NCBI GenBank assembly: GCA_000165345.1
Contig: CM000436.1
Location: forward strand, 896,001 to 960,000
Direction: 5' to 3'
Length of the DNA: 64,000 nt
Under the pieces are notes generated by a model, which saw nothing but the letters and a program-made list of their open reading frames with translations, was not told the DNA's origin and made no database searches. Both the position numbers and the translations under genes were made by a program. Below, one piece after another: positions 52,806-63,709 of this stretch (position 1 is the stretch's first letter; the number at the start of each line of letters is the position of its first letter).

Positions 52806-55800
52806 TTAATTTGATTTTTTTGGATTTACAGGAGATGATTGTGAAATGTGTATTACTTTTTGATCGCTAATAGGGCTGGAAAAACAGCCGTGTTTAACAT
52901 TACGCTTATTATTTGCATTATTATCAAATTCTCCAAAATCTTGTTCCTCATCATCGCTTATAGCATTATTCAGAAAGTCAAAGTCGTTCCTTTCTCCTAA
53001 TAAATTATACTCCCTCTTATTTCTGTAACTAGAAGTGAATTTAGAAACCAAATAACCAATCAAATTCTTCAGGAGCGTATAGATAGGAGAATGTAAAATT
53101 GCTATTGAGCACGCAATTACAATGATTAGGAATAGCAACATTTTTCTTGTAGATCTTTTTGAATCAAGGATTTTTTGTAGTGACTCTTTTTCAGAAATTT
53201 CAAACTCGGAGTTGCCAACGTTAGTTGGATCAATTTGGTGATATGTCACTTTTCTATCTAACTTATTAGTATCTGATTCGTGAGCAGAGCTGTGAAAATA
53301 CTCTCGATTAGAAGACACACTGAATGGATTGTCGAGTAGTTTTACTGTTTGAAGAGAATCTTTTTCAATAAAGTTTTGACCTCTAATATTTGATGATTGG
53401 GATTGTCTATTATTTTGCTTAAAAACATTCCAATCTCCATCCCAAACTACATTACCCCATCCTACCGAGTTCGCCTTATAACCCGATACTTCAATCAAGA
53501 ATTTGTTTTTGGTCTCTAAATATACGGGTATCCATGGCGCAACCTTATAAAATGAAGCAGAATTCTTGGGAGACATGCTATTAGTATCAATTACAAGAAA
53601 TCCACGTTTAGAGAATTGCTCCTGACTTTCTGAAAAGATTTTCGAAAATTCATGATAACTATATGATAGTGAAACTGTATACCCAGCATCAAAAATATGT
53701 AAATTATAAGGATATACACGTTCTTCTGGACCACTTTCCGACTTTCCAATGATGTAAATCGATTTGGAAATTCTTTTGGGAGCTTTCCTATCCATTAGAG
53801 GTGTAGACAATCGAATTGTCAGATGAAGGTTTTGCCCTGCTATGATTGGTACTGAAGGATCTGGCGTGATAGAAACAATGAGTGGGTAGTTCTTTGAAAT
53901 ATTATGACTAATTGGAATTAGTGAAATTCCTAACATAATTGGTACGCTTTTAAGGTTAAAAGGAGGGAGGCTTCTAATAGAGCATTCCAAAAGATGCTTT
54001 TGAGCCGTGAGAATAACCGTAATTCTTTCCATTGCGTATAAAGGTGTAGAAATGTTTCCATTAAAATGCAGTAGACTGGACTTAATTAATTCAACTTCTG
54101 AAGATGTTTCTTTATCATTTTCATCATTCTGAGAGTAATCTGGTTCGGAATAAAGTGTTAATTTAGATGATACAAGAAGAGGATTGTAATATAAGTCTGC
54201 AATTAGCAAGGCCTGACCAGGAGAGATCTTTTTTAAGTCGAATAGAAGGTCAGTTTCAAACTCATTCGAATTTAAAGAAAGTACAACATTTGATGGGGGA
54301 AGATGTATATATTGAGGTAGAGTGTTTGTTGAAAGAGCACTACTCAATTTGCTTTGCACTGAGCTAAACCATGCATCTGCATATGTGCTAAATGGAGGAG
54401 GATTTAGAAACTTAATATCTTTATTTTGTGGAGAAACTGTATGCATAATAATGTCAAATGCCATACATGGAATCCTGTTATTTATTGAATCAAGTTTGTG
54501 AGTGAAGGTCATCCAAAAAGGAATGTTTAAGGCTCCTGCATGCTCGCTTCCAATAATATCAATATCGATCTTAAAAACCTTCTCAACGGAATTCAGGAGT
54601 GAATCCACATTAGTGTATATAGGATTTATTGGTGTAGAGTTTATTTTAGTGAACAAAACTTCGAGCATATTCGGAGACTCAGAAATATCAAAGTTTACAG
54701 GACTCAATGAGAGTCTTAAGAATGTAGGAAATAATTTTTTGTTAAGTTCAAGGAACACTTTCTTCCTACCATTGTGAATATCTGTAAGTGTGATTCTTGA
54801 TCTAAAAATAAACATTGGCTTATTTGTATCCAATGGGCCACCAAATACTGTGCTTCCACCCTGTATACTCGTTAAATCGAGTGGCAATGGCACTCCATTA
54901 GGTATGTGACACTTAGAATTGATATTTGACTGAGATAAGGCTTTATTTTTGCTTTTATCTAAGTCTAATGAATTATCAATTACCATAGAAGATTCTATAG
55001 CTGTCTCTGAGCCATCAATTGGTGATACTTCAACGAAAATTGAAAATAATAATATTTCATGCTCTTCATAGCTTGAAAATGAATTTAGCGACTCTATTCG
55101 AAGTATATATTGGCCTTTCGTGAGTTCCACTTCCAAATAGCTCTGAGTTCCTCTTTGTTCTGCTACCCAAAATCCTTCAGGGACAATTATTCCAATCCTA
55201 TAAAATGAATAAAGAAAATCAGAGTGAGTCTGTAGGTAAACTATTGAAGATGATGCCACATTTAATTTCAAATCATGAATACTACTTGAAAAGGTTGAAA
55301 GTTTACTTCTAGTCATAATTTGTCCTTGGCAGATATTAATTATTCCAGAGTTAAAGTAAGGACTATTCTCTTCATTTAGACTGATCTTAAAATCCTCCAG
55401 ATAATAATGGCATTTCTGTTTTGGTCCAAACATTTCCTTTTCAGTCATTTTTGATATTCCTTTTTCTACAGATTCTGTAATACCTCTAATCCTTCCGGTA
55501 CCAACCACTCCAACACTTTCATATCTTTCTAGTTCAATGTTAAAACCTTTCGAGAGAGATAGATTTTTTCTGAAGAAATTTTCATAATCTACAGGATTGA
55601 ACTTAATCAACCCAAAAGTAATTAAATAAGGCATATTATTTGGAGCAGGTGAAAATTGAATCTCATATTCACCGGATGAAAGTAGTGCTAAAGTATCTCC
55701 ATACTTTCCAGACATAAAAATTGGATGGCTCTTTATTTCTTTATTATCTTCTTTAGTTTTAAATATTGTCACATAAAATTCATATCCTGAAATAAGTGTT

Positions 55801-58800
55801 GGTTCGGAAAGGATTCTAAGCAAGTGAGTTTCGTTTTCAGGAACTTTCAGTTTAGTCATTTTTGTTTCTTTTAAGTTAAACATTATAGTACTCACAAACC
55901 CTCTGTGAGACTCTGATAAGAATCTAATTCGATTAAGTGAATCTGGTAATTCTTGGAAAGGAAGTATATCAGGAATACTAATAAGCTCCTGCCTCAAAGA
56001 AAATAGTCTATTCTTCAAAGTAGGCTTGATAGACCCACTTATTTTAAGTAATGCAGATCTTCCCATTGTTAATCTTGTGAACTGATTTTTAGATTGAATT
56101 AATAGCTTATACTTTCCTTCCTTAATGCTTGGGAAAGAATACTCAATTTTGTTTCCAGTATGTATAATATTATTATATTTAACAAAATTATGTCTTGATT
56201 TCTTTTCAGGGTTTGTTTCGCTTCCCTCAAAAAGTCGAACTGTAATAGGTATCCATGCAGGATAAACTTCAAGAATCAGATTTAAACTAATTTCCTCCAA
56301 ATCTGAACTTAAAGGCATTGAAATTTGCATGAAAGGAGAGAACCAAAAGACCATTTCTCGTATCTCAAATAAATCTCTTCTATGAACCAAATTCCTATCA
56401 TGTTTATTCAAATCTTGATTCGGAATAGAAATCATGTTCTTTGAAAGGTCAAAAATTAGTGAGCTTTCTGGAAGCATCTTTCTTAAATAGTCTTGGGAGA
56501 TTGAAAATAGTTCAGTATGACTCCATTCTGATGCTTGTTTTGATTGAGAACCTTTTTTTTCCGTAACATACTTGTAAAGCTCAGGTAGTACCAATGGAGG
56601 GAATATAGGAAGATCCTCAATTGAAATAATTGACAAATGTAGGCGAAATGTGGGGCATCCACCTTCTTCAAGTTTCTCATCTACTCCTTCTTCAAGAATG
56701 TCAAACTCAAATATAAGATCATGAGTACCTTTATTAAATTCAGCAAAAAATGAGGTTGGATCATTTGGGCCAATTTTTGTTAGATTTTTTTTTTTAGCTG
56801 AAATTATTACTAGTCCAGGATAATTTGTAATGGAAGCTTTTAAAACACTTGAATGAGAGAGATTAAGAGTAATAGAATATGACGCAGATGTTCCCTTAAG
56901 AAAGTGTTCAGATTCATGAATGTTAGTGCCTTCTAATTCGTATTCCTCAAGAGGAACTAAGTACGTTCCATCTAGTATGAATTCTTCTCCTTTTAAGTAA
57001 TGAGTTAGGTCTATCTCTTGTGGAAGCGTCATTTGAAATACTTGGCACTTAATGAACTGGTTTTCTTCAGAATTAATTTCTTCGTAAATATCATTGGAAG
57101 ATTTGTAGTTATTACTACTAGATCCTGTCTCTAATCCACTAAAATTTAACAGTTGAACTAGAGAAATTTTACTATCAAATTTGATGCATTCCAATTCATA
57201 AATGTCAAAGTTATCTGGGATAGCTGAAAAAATTTGTAATTTATAAGTTCCAGCGACTAATGGCCCAACTGATGAAAAGAAGTTGTGAATATTATGTGGA
57301 GTTAGTGTCATCCATATTTTCTCATTGAATAAGACATTAATGAATACCAGTGAAAGAGGATGCTCAGGAATTTGTATTTGAATTGACAAATAAGTTGGAG
57401 ACATATCCTTTACACGAAATTCTTGTGTATGTATTTTTGAGATACCTAAAACTGTGGAACTAATTGACAAAGTAGAGATATCAGGAGTAATATAGTTCCT
57501 TTTTAATTTATTATTTGGGTTCGGGGATATCTGCAACTTAAAGTCGTGCGCATTAATTGGATGTGAGCAACCACTGGTATTAGATGAAACAGGGAATATT
57601 TCAAGAAGAAAATGAAATGGAGTGCAAAGAGAAACAGAATTCTGGGTTTCACTGATCTTGTAGCTGTGAATGTGCAGATAGTAATCTCCTGGCTCGTTAA
57701 TTTTGCAATATATAAGATTCATTTCCTTTGAGGTTACCCCAATATGGTTCAGGTTTTTTGAAGTGCAGAGAGTAGGTTTAGTGGTATAGCCAGTGGAATC
57801 GTTTGAATCAAAGATATCGTCGGAGAAAAATTCAAGATCTTCATCTTCTTCTGAGATCTCAGGTGACCTTGATAGGACTATGGCTATATCAGAGTGATCA
57901 TGATAGGATAATAAATAAAGTATGCTAGGCCTAGAAATTTTGATATTAATAGCATGGTTGGTATGAAATGTTAAGGACGCGAATGGTCCCTGTAAATTAA
58001 TTTTTGGGCCAAACAATAGGTAGCTTGACGAAATAGCATTGGGCTTTCTCAAATCTTGAAACTTTTCAGCATATAGCCCATCTTGTACAATTGTTGTTGG
58101 TAATTTTGGTAGATTACAGACATTTTGGCTGGAAAGAATCTCGTCAGAAAGCTTTTCTGAATGTGTTTGGAAAGAAACTGCTATCTTAAGATCAAATCTT
58201 GCAAAGCGAGGAATGTGTTCCATCCAAGGCGCAATAACTACAATTCGAAATGACTTCTGAGATATGTTTTCCTTAAACAGCTGGCCATTGTAAATTGGAG
58301 TTCCAAAAAATACCCTGCTACGAAGACTTTCGCTAACTTGATGACTCTCTAATTCGCGATGAGCCTGCTCAACTCTTAAAGGTTCAATAACTAATTGTAA
58401 TGGCATTCTAGAAAATTTAAAACCAAGCTCAATGTACAAATTAAGCAGCTTTTCTTCTTTTGACCTTGAGGATGGAATAACAAAAAGTTTTGACCATAAA
58501 ATAGTAGCTTTGTAAAGCTTACTTGAATAGTTTATTCCTAATGGGGTTGTTCTTACCACAAAAGAATCATCAATTTGATTTATGAATTCGTATTTCTCAT
58601 CTGAGCTCAAATTAATAAGAGGCTTTTTAAAAGGATCATTGAGAGATAATGAGCTAATTGAATTTATAATATCAGGAGTAGTTAGACCAAATTCAAAATT
58701 GATTGGTGAGCAATACGAATTATCAATTTTCTCTAAATCATCTTCATTTTTGACAAAATTAGAACCGATCACTATTAAATATTGAGATGGAATTAACTTG

Positions 58801-59177
58801 GTCCTTAAAAAAAGCCTCGTATTATTTCCTGCTACTCCCCATGTTAAGTTTGCCTCAGCAACTAATTTCTCATTATTTGCTTGAGTAATTTGCAAATAGG
58901 AAAAGTCTAAATCACTGTCAAAAGACCTCTCTAAAGATACAGAAATCACACTTTCATATCTAATATTTAAAATAATCTTATTTTCTGGTTCATGACGAAT
59001 TCCTCTAGTTTCAGAATAATACAATTCATGATTTCCATATCCAAGGCCATCAATAAATTCCGGAATTAATTGATATTTACAATTGAGAGTAGATCTTGAG
59101 ACTGTTGCTTTAGACGGCTCGGTAGCAAGCAGAATACATAGAATAGTGTAAATCTGTAATATTTTAAGAATTCTCAT
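52806..59177 (-). CDS. Giant type I membrane glycoprotein (2123 aa): signal peptide, about 2000-aa ectodomain, one TM helix, acidic cytoplasmic tail. Single exon.
   Basis: ATG at 59177. The signal peptide is MRILKILQIYTILCILLATEPSKA. The ectodomain has more than 60 NxS/T sequons and no internal repeats that I can see. The C-terminal TM helix is MLLFLIIVIACSIAILHSPIYTLL, followed by a tail ...DDEEQDFGEFDNN.... Confidence 0.8.
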   Translation of the reverse strand: MRILKILQIYTILCILLATEPSKATVSRSTLNCKYQLIPEFIDGLGYGNHELYYSETRGIRHEPENKIILNIRYESVISVSLERSFDSDLDFSYLQITQANNEKLVAEANLTWGVAGNNTRLFLRTKLIPSQYLIVIGSNFVKNEDDLEKIDNSYCSPINFEFGLTTPDIINSISSLSLNDPFKKPLINLSSDEKYEFINQIDDSFVVRTTPLGINYSSKLYKATILWSKLFVIPSSRSKEEKLLNLYIELGFKFSRMPLQLVIEPLRVEQAHRELESHQVSESLRSRVFFGTPIYNGQLFKENISQKSFRIVVIAPWMEHIPRFARFDLKIAVSFQTHSEKLSDEILSSQNVCNLPKLPTTIVQDGLYAEKFQDLRKPNAISSSYLLFGPKINLQGPFASLTFHTNHAINIKISRPSILYLLSYHDHSDIAIVLSRSPEISEEDEDLEFFSDDIFDSNDSTGYTTKPTLCTSKNLNHIGVTSKEMNLIYCKINEPGDYYLHIHSYKISETQNSVSLCTPFHFLLEIFPVSSNTSGCSHPINAHDFKLQISPNPNNKLKRNYITPDISTLSISSTVLGISKIHTQEFRVKDMSPTYLSIQIQIPEHPLSLVFINVLFNEKIWMTLTPHNIHNFFSSVGPLVAGTYKLQIFSAIPDNFDIYELECIKFDSKISLVQLLNFSGLETGSSSNNYKSSNDIYEEINSEENQFIKCQVFQMTLPQEIDLTHYLKGEEFILDGTYLVPLEEYELEGTNIHESEHFLKGTSASYSITLNLSHSSVLKASITNYPGLVIISAKKKNLTKIGPNDPTSFFAEFNKGTHDLIFEFDILEEGVDEKLEEGGCPTFRLHLSIISIEDLPIFPPLVLPELYKYVTEKKGSQSKQASEWSHTELFSISQDYLRKMLPESSLIFDLSKNMISIPNQDLNKHDRNLVHRRDLFEIREMVFWFSPFMQISMPLSSDLEEISLNLILEVYPAWIPITVRLFEGSETNPEKKSRHNFVKYNNIIHTGNKIEYSFPSIKEGKYKLLIQSKNQFTRLTMGRSALLKISGSIKPTLKNRLFSLRQELISIPDILPFQELPDSLNRIRFLSESHRGFVSTIMFNLKETKMTKLKVPENETHLLRILSEPTLISGYEFYVTIFKTKEDNKEIKSHPIFMSGKYGDTLALLSSGEYEIQFSPAPNNMPYLITFGLIKFNPVDYENFFRKNLSLSKGFNIELERYESVGVVGTGRIRGITESVEKGISKMTEKEMFGPKQKCHYYLEDFKISLNEENSPYFNSGIINICQGQIMTRSKLSTFSSSIHDLKLNVASSSIVYLQTHSDFLYSFYRIGIIVPEGFWVAEQRGTQSYLEVELTKGQYILRIESLNSFSSYEEHEILLFSIFVEVSPIDGSETAIESSMVIDNSLDLDKSKNKALSQSNINSKCHIPNGVPLPLDLTSIQGGSTVFGGPLDTNKPMFIFRSRITLTDIHNGRKKVFLELNKKLFPTFLRLSLSPVNFDISESPNMLEVLFTKINSTPINPIYTNVDSLLNSVEKVFKIDIDIIGSEHAGALNIPFWMTFTHKLDSINNRIPCMAFDIIMHTVSPQNKDIKFLNPPPFSTYADAWFSSVQSKLSSALSTNTLPQYIHLPPSNVVLSLNSNEFETDLLFDLKKISPGQALLIADLYYNPLLVSSKLTLYSEPDYSQNDENDKETSSEVELIKSSLLHFNGNISTPLYAMERITVILTAQKHLLECSIRSLPPFNLKSVPIMLGISLIPISHNISKNYPLIVSITPDPSVPIIAGQNLHLTIRLSTPLMDRKAPKRISKSIYIIGKSESGPEERVYPYNLHIFDAGYTVSLSYSYHEFSKIFSESQEQFSKRGFLVIDTNSMSPKNSASFYKVAPWIPVYLETKNKFLIEVSGYKANSVGWGNVVWDGDWNVFKQNNRQSQSSNIRGQNFIEKDSLQTVKLLDNPFSVSSNREYFHSSAHESDTNKLDRKVTYHQIDPTNVGNSEFEISEKESLQKILDSKRSTRKMLLFLIIVIACSIAILHSPIYTLLKNLIGYLVSKFTSSYRNKREYNLLGERNDFDFLNNAISDDEEQDFGEFDNNANNKRNVKHGCFSSPISDQKVIHISQSSPVNPKKSN

Positions 59178-59698
59178 TCACACATAATATTATTGCGTAA
59201 TTGAGAATAATCTTAATGCTAGCTAGTTTCGATTTAAGGTGACTTTTCATATAATAAAAATATTACAAATATTATGGCTCCCGCCTTATGCCATTTAATT
59301 GTTTCACTGAAAAATTTTTAACCGGTATAGGAAATGTAGGCGGCAAAAGTCTAGTAGACTGTATTTTATAGTAAATAATAGCTTAAGTTACAAAAATACT
59401 ATAAATTACGTATTTTGGGTTATTGAACTATAAAAATAATTAGGTTATGTACTACTGATAATTATGGTAGATTGTAAATGGGGGGAGGGGAAAAGGAGGG
59501 TTAAATAAAATTAAATTTGTGACGTTTACAAGAGCAGTAAATTTTACAAGAACTGGGAAAATAAATTAGCTCTAAATTCTGAGAAGAAATAATCCAACTA
59601 TTTAGAGAGTATTCAAGAGTGTCTATATAGTAAAAATGTTTTTCTCTTCGATGCCATTTGATATGGGTGGAGGATTTGATGGAAGAATGGGTGGAAGG

Positions 59699-60910
59699 AT
59701 GTCTCGCGAGGTTGATAACAAGAAATTATATGAGATCCTAGAAGTCAGCCAAGAGGCAACTTTAAGCGAGATTAAAAAGGCTTATCGTCGCCTTGCAATT
59801 AAACATCATCCTGATAAGGGTGGAGACCAGGAAAAATTTAAGGAGGTTAGCAGAGCATACGAAGTACTTAGCGATCCAGAAAAGAGAAAGATATACGATG
59901 AATACGGTGAGGAAGGATTAGAGGGAGGAGGAGGAGGAGCAGATCCAGTTGACTTATTTGATGTAATTTTCGGAGGTGGAAGACGCGCAGGCAGTAGAGG
60001 AGGTGGAAAGAGACGTGGCGAAGATTTGGTAACTCACCTCAAGGTCACTTTGGAACAGATTTACAACGGAGCAGTAAGAAAGATGGCAATAAATAAAGAT
60101 ACTATCTGTGCAGATTGTGAAGGTGTTGGTGGGCCGAAAGATGCCATCCAGTATTGTGAGCTTTGCCAAGGTCAAGGTGTCAGAGTGCAAATTAGACAAA
60201 TTGGACCAATGGTTCAACAAACTCAGTCTCCTTGTAATCCTTGTAAAGGAACTGGTAAGACCATTCCAGTTACCAAGCAATGCAAGAAATGCAGCGGTAG
60301 CGGATCTGTGAAAGAACGAAAAGTTTTAGAGGTCAACATCGACAAGGGTATTCCAAATCATCATAAGGTTACTTTTCATGGAGAAGCAGACGAAAAGCAG
60401 GGCGAAATCCCAGGAGATGTAGTTTTTGTTCTAGATGAACAAGAACATTCTGTATTCAAAAGGAAAGGCGGTGATTTATTTATTGAAAAGGATATCACTC
60501 TTGTCGAGGCTTTGACCGGTTTCAAATTTATCATTACTCATTTGGATGGTAGGAAACTCCTTGTTAAGTCAAATCCTGGAGATATTACTAAGCCAAGTGA
60601 CATAAAGTGCGTAAACAATGAGGGAATGCCAACTTACAAGAATCCATTTGTTAAGGGCCATTTGTTTGTTATTATTAACATTATTTTCCCAGATAAGCTT
60701 GACAGCAAAACTCAAGATCTTGTCAAGACATTGCTTCCTGCTCCAAAAGCATTAAATGTTGATGAAGATGACCCATCAATTGAAATTCATTATACAAGTA
60801 ATACCAAGCCATCTGAGGTCAAAGACCGCATCCAAAAAGAGGCGTATCAAGAAGATGATGAGGATGGGCATCACGGAGGTGCTGAAAGAGTATCTTGCCG
60901 TCAACAATAA
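59699..60910 (+). CDS. YDJ1: Type I DnaJ/Hsp40 (DNAJA/Ydj1-like): J domain, G/F region, four CxxCxGxG zinc-finger repeats, C-terminal CaaX (403 aa from ATG 59699; an upstream in-frame ATG at 59636 would add 21 aa).
   Basis: The J domain reads [62 protein letters not shown], including the HPD motif. The zinc-finger repeats are [25 protein letters not shown] and CKKCSGSG. The sequence is collinear with human DNAJA1 and ends ..SCRQQ, a farnesylation CaaX box. Confidence 0.9.
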   Translation: MSREVDNKKLYEILEVSQEATLSEIKKAYRRLAIKHHPDKGGDQEKFKEVSRAYEVLSDPEKRKIYDEYGEEGLEGGGGGADPVDLFDVIFGGGRRAGSRGGGKRRGEDLVTHLKVTLEQIYNGAVRKMAINKDTICADCEGVGGPKDAIQYCELCQGQGVRVQIRQIGPMVQQTQSPCNPCKGTGKTIPVTKQCKKCSGSGSVKERKVLEVNIDKGIPNHHKVTFHGEADEKQGEIPGDVVFVLDEQEHSVFKRKGGDLFIEKDITLVEALTGFKFIITHLDGRKLLVKSNPGDITKPSDIKCVNNEGMPTYKNPFVKGHLFVIINIIFPDKLDSKTQDLVKTLLPAPKALNVDEDDPSIEIHYTSNTKPSEVKDRIQKEAYQEDDEDGHHGGAERVSCRQQ

Positions 60911-61188
60911 ACTGATACACTCAAGTAAGATATGCTAGTTCTTTACTTGAATCTTGGTCATTGGTACTTGTTATTTGAGCATTGATATATACTTCTAGTT
61001 GGAAAGATTGAATATTGTTGATCTTTACTTTTACTAAGAGATCTTCTGATTTTTTCCTTTATTTTTTAGAAACTATTTTTCTTCAAAGCTATTATCTTGT
61101 TTCTTTTACCTTTCTTTTTCTCGGCGTCCTCATATTTTATTTGTTTAGGAGTCTTTAGAATGAGTGCATGCAGCATAAATAAACGGTA

Positions 61189-61229
61189 CTGGCGCCCATA
61201 GAAAAGTATATATAGCAATGGCGCCAATA
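61189..61229. promoter_or_regulatory. Two E2F-like boxes (CTGGCGCCCA and AATGGCGCCAAT) 180-215 bp upstream of the Bet1-like gene.
   Basis: Two GGCGCC cores 30 bp apart in AT-rich intergenic DNA. Confidence 0.45.
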
Positions 61230-61405
61230 TATTTATAGATAATTTTTAATGAATGAAGATCAGTTCTAAATATAAACAAGAATAATCAAAGGTAAGAGTT
61301 GTGGGAAATAAATTGCAAAACAATTGACAGGGCACATATACAACAGCACATTTATAACTCGTATTTTGTGGCAAATTTGTGGTCTTCGTGTTTAAAGAGT
61401 AATTT

Positions 61406-61849
61406 ATGGAAAGGTATGCGCCGATAAAAGAGTGGGAGAAAGAATCGTTTAGTGCCTCTGGTTCTAACAAAAACAATGTAGCAAAACAGACAAGAATTAA
61501 GGAAAATAAAAGATACAGCAGGGTGGAAAGTGACTATGACTTTGAGTCAGGATTAAACAACTGGACGCAGGACGACAACTTTACGAGACCAGCAAATACA
61601 GACAGTAGCATAAATATTCTAGAAAATGCGGTTTCACAGTTGAAGTCAGTGGGCTACGGAATCCAGTCAGAAATAAATTTACATTTGGATATGTTGAATG
61701 AGATGAACTTGAACATGGATTCTACAAATAGAAGAATCCGAATTTCTCAAAAGATCCTTAATAGATTATTAGAAATGGCAAGTACAATGACATTAACCAT
61801 TATTGCATTCTTACTGTTCATATTATTAATCTTGCAGTGGGTTTTATAG
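61406..61849 (+). CDS. BET1: Tail-anchored Bet1-like Qc-SNARE (147 aa).
   Basis: The SNARE heptad region is ILENAVSQLKSVGYGIQSEINLHLDMLNEMNLNMDSTNRRIRISQKILNRLLE, with layer spacing like Bet1 (IG.EV..QN.LL..MD..FD.T). It is followed directly by a C-terminal TM anchor TMTLTIIAFLLFILLILQWVL. Confidence 0.6.
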   Translation: MERYAPIKEWEKESFSASGSNKNNVAKQTRIKENKRYSRVESDYDFESGLNNWTQDDNFTRPANTDSSINILENAVSQLKSVGYGIQSEINLHLDMLNEMNLNMDSTNRRIRISQKILNRLLEMASTMTLTIIAFLLFILLILQWVL

Positions 61850-61897
61850 CGATACTTTAAAATATTTTCTGTGTGAAATATAAATGACAATGCTATA

Positions 61898-62854
61898 TTA
61901 ATGCAAAGGAGGCAATACAGGCTCTCTGAATGAATTTACATCAGAAGCAGTTCCATGATACTTTTTTTCAAGTTGGTTCGGGTTTATCCACTTCAGAAGC
62001 TCGGATTTATAATCTGAGGTACATAATGTTATTTTATCTCTAGTAGACTGGGGTAAAACCAAACTAATTGCTTGCCATAATCCCCAAAATATGATTGGAG
62101 CGTTGATAAACGACATCTGGGCGAGATAACCTCTGTAGTTCCTTTGGAGATTTGTTGCAATATCCTTGAGAAGTGAAATAGGCGCATTGTAAAAAGTTAC
62201 ATCTTGGAGATCCATGATAACTCTCCACTGCTCAACTCTGTTCCATGCTAGCATATTTGTTATTACAAACTCGAACCAATAATAAACTACATGAATTATA
62301 TTGTCAGGTTCTTCCCCATCTAAAAAAGCTTTAGCTCTAAAAACTATGATTGGTCTTAACAATTTGTCTCTTCCATGAATATAACAGTACCCATTCCTTA
62401 GTAGCTTCTCTAATTTATTCCTATCTTCAATCATTCTAAAGTTTTGTCTCCACCTAACGTGACGCTTAATATCATCCCATGCTTTTACGAAATCGTACTC
62501 ATTACCTTGTAAGTACCTTAATAAAAGATGATTATCACAAAAAGCGGTATTTTTTAATGAAACATGCCTAGACTTGAGATATGTATGCATTTCTCTAATC
62601 TTTCCTTCCTCAAATTCATCCAAAGGAAGATCTCCGAAAATATATCTCATCCCATTCTCTCCAAATCCATGTCTAATGGCATCTATTGGAGGATTAAAGT
62701 TTACCACTTCTAATGGTCTATATTTCGTCACTGTTAAATCTTTCTCTCTTCCATTTCTATATTTTGCCAAACGGTCTTCTTTAATAGTATGCCCATGGTG
62801 AGTCGGGCTATTAGAATGTGGGGTTTGATGCTTTGGAGATGGAGAGTTCGTCAT
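61898..62854 (-). CDS. Sec14/CRAL-TRIO domain lipid-transfer protein (about 318 aa from the ATG at 62854).
   Basis: The track start at 62905 is a GTG. The CRAL-TRIO core is KLLRPIIVFRAKAFL...WRVIMDLQDVTFYNAPISLLKDIATNLQRNYRGYLAQMSFINAPIIFWGLWQAISLVLPQSTRDKITL, which parallels Sec14 (LDLKGIS..., ...[40 protein letters not shown]). Confidence 0.75.
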   Translation of the reverse strand: MTNSPSPKHQTPHSNSPTHHGHTIKEDRLAKYRNGREKDLTVTKYRPLEVVNFNPPIDAIRHGFGENGMRYIFGDLPLDEFEEGKIREMHTYLKSRHVSLKNTAFCDNHLLLRYLQGNEYDFVKAWDDIKRHVRWRQNFRMIEDRNKLEKLLRNGYCYIHGRDKLLRPIIVFRAKAFLDGEEPDNIIHVVYYWFEFVITNMLAWNRVEQWRVIMDLQDVTFYNAPISLLKDIATNLQRNYRGYLAQMSFINAPIIFWGLWQAISLVLPQSTRDKITLCTSDYKSELLKWINPNQLEKKYHGTASDVNSFREPVLPPLH

Positions 62855-63052
62855 TATATATAATTTCCCTACTCTAATTACCTTTGTCTTGCTGGTTCCT
62901 GACACTTAATATCGTCTCTTTTCCACACCTTCTTTTATCTTTAATTAATTTAAATTATCACTGATTTAATTTCCATCCAGTTTGAATTTTATTTAAAGTT
63001 CAAATATAATTTATATTTTGTCTAAAAATAATTAGGCCAAAATTTGTGAGCA

Positions 63053-63066
63053 TTTGGCGGTAAAAA
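63053..63066. promoter_or_regulatory. ATTTGGCGGTAAAA box about 200 bp upstream of the Sec14-like gene.
   Basis: Same TTTGGCGG core. The similar box GTTTGGCGGTTGC at 48268..48280 lies upstream of the 48107 gene, AAGGCGGGTAATTTT at 20119..20133 upstream of the 20031 gene, and GTAGGCGGCAAAAG at 59337..59350 upstream of DnaJ. Confidence 0.35.
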
Positions 63067-63102
63067 CATGCGACTCAAGCTGGTATGGAACTTTGGAACA
63101 TG

Positions 63103-63133
<31 letters not shown>

Positions 63134-63235
63134 CTGAATTTTAAGAGTAGATTAAATATATAAATTAAATATAAACTACTGTAAAATATAATATGAAGCT
63201 ACCTTTTATAATTATTTAAGGAATTAGGCAATAAT

Positions 63236-63709
63236 CTATGCTAGTAATAATGACTTCATTATGCAGTCGACAAATTCTTCATTATCTGCGCCTGGAAGGT
63301 AGGAGTTCGAATATAGAGATGGAGATGAAGCCATGAAATTTTCCAATTTAGGAATAGGAACATATCTTATCTTTCTTCCCTTTGAAGCTCTTCTATCTAC
63401 GTTGTTAACTGTCTTTTTCCCCTTGCTGAGTAGTGACGAGGAAACAGAGTTTAAATTAGGATCAGTGATTGACTTTGAAGAAATAATTTCCTTGAGTAAT
63501 GAAACAAATGAGTCTGAATCATCGTAAATATCCTTGCTCAGTTCATACATTAACATTGGATCTACTTTATCTCTCAAGAAATCGATTCCTATAAAGTTTA
63601 GAGAATTAGCATTAGGGCGTGACTTATTTAGCGCATGTTCTTTATTCAATAATGTTTGCTCTAACTGAACCCTTAGAGACTGGTTGAGTACTTTGAAGTT
63701 TTTTTGAAC
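63236..63709 (-). CDS. 3' exon of a hypothetical gene. The 5' part is unresolved: either the ATG at 63649 is the start, or coding continues through an intron towards the window end.
   Basis: A 137-aa ORF begins MNKEHALNKS, but its frame stays open upstream to an acceptor aaaattttag at 63710. That acceptor is preceded by a roughly 120-nt candidate intron with a CTAAC branch and a GTAATG donor near 63830. Confidence 0.35.
   Translation of the reverse strand, partial: VQKNFKVLNQSLRVQLEQTLLNKEHALNKSRPNANSLNFIGIDFLRDKVDPMLMYELSKDIYDDSDSFVSLLKEIISSKSITDPNLNSVSSSLLSKGKKTVNNVDRRASKGRKIRYVPIPKLENFMASSPSLYSNSYLPGADNEEFVDCIMKSLLLA

Noticed and set aside
59925-59945. GGAGGAGGAGGAGGAG microsatellite-like run.
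   Set aside because: It lies inside the DnaJ coding sequence and encodes the glycine-rich G/F linker (EGGGGGAD), so it is coding low complexity and not a repeat element.
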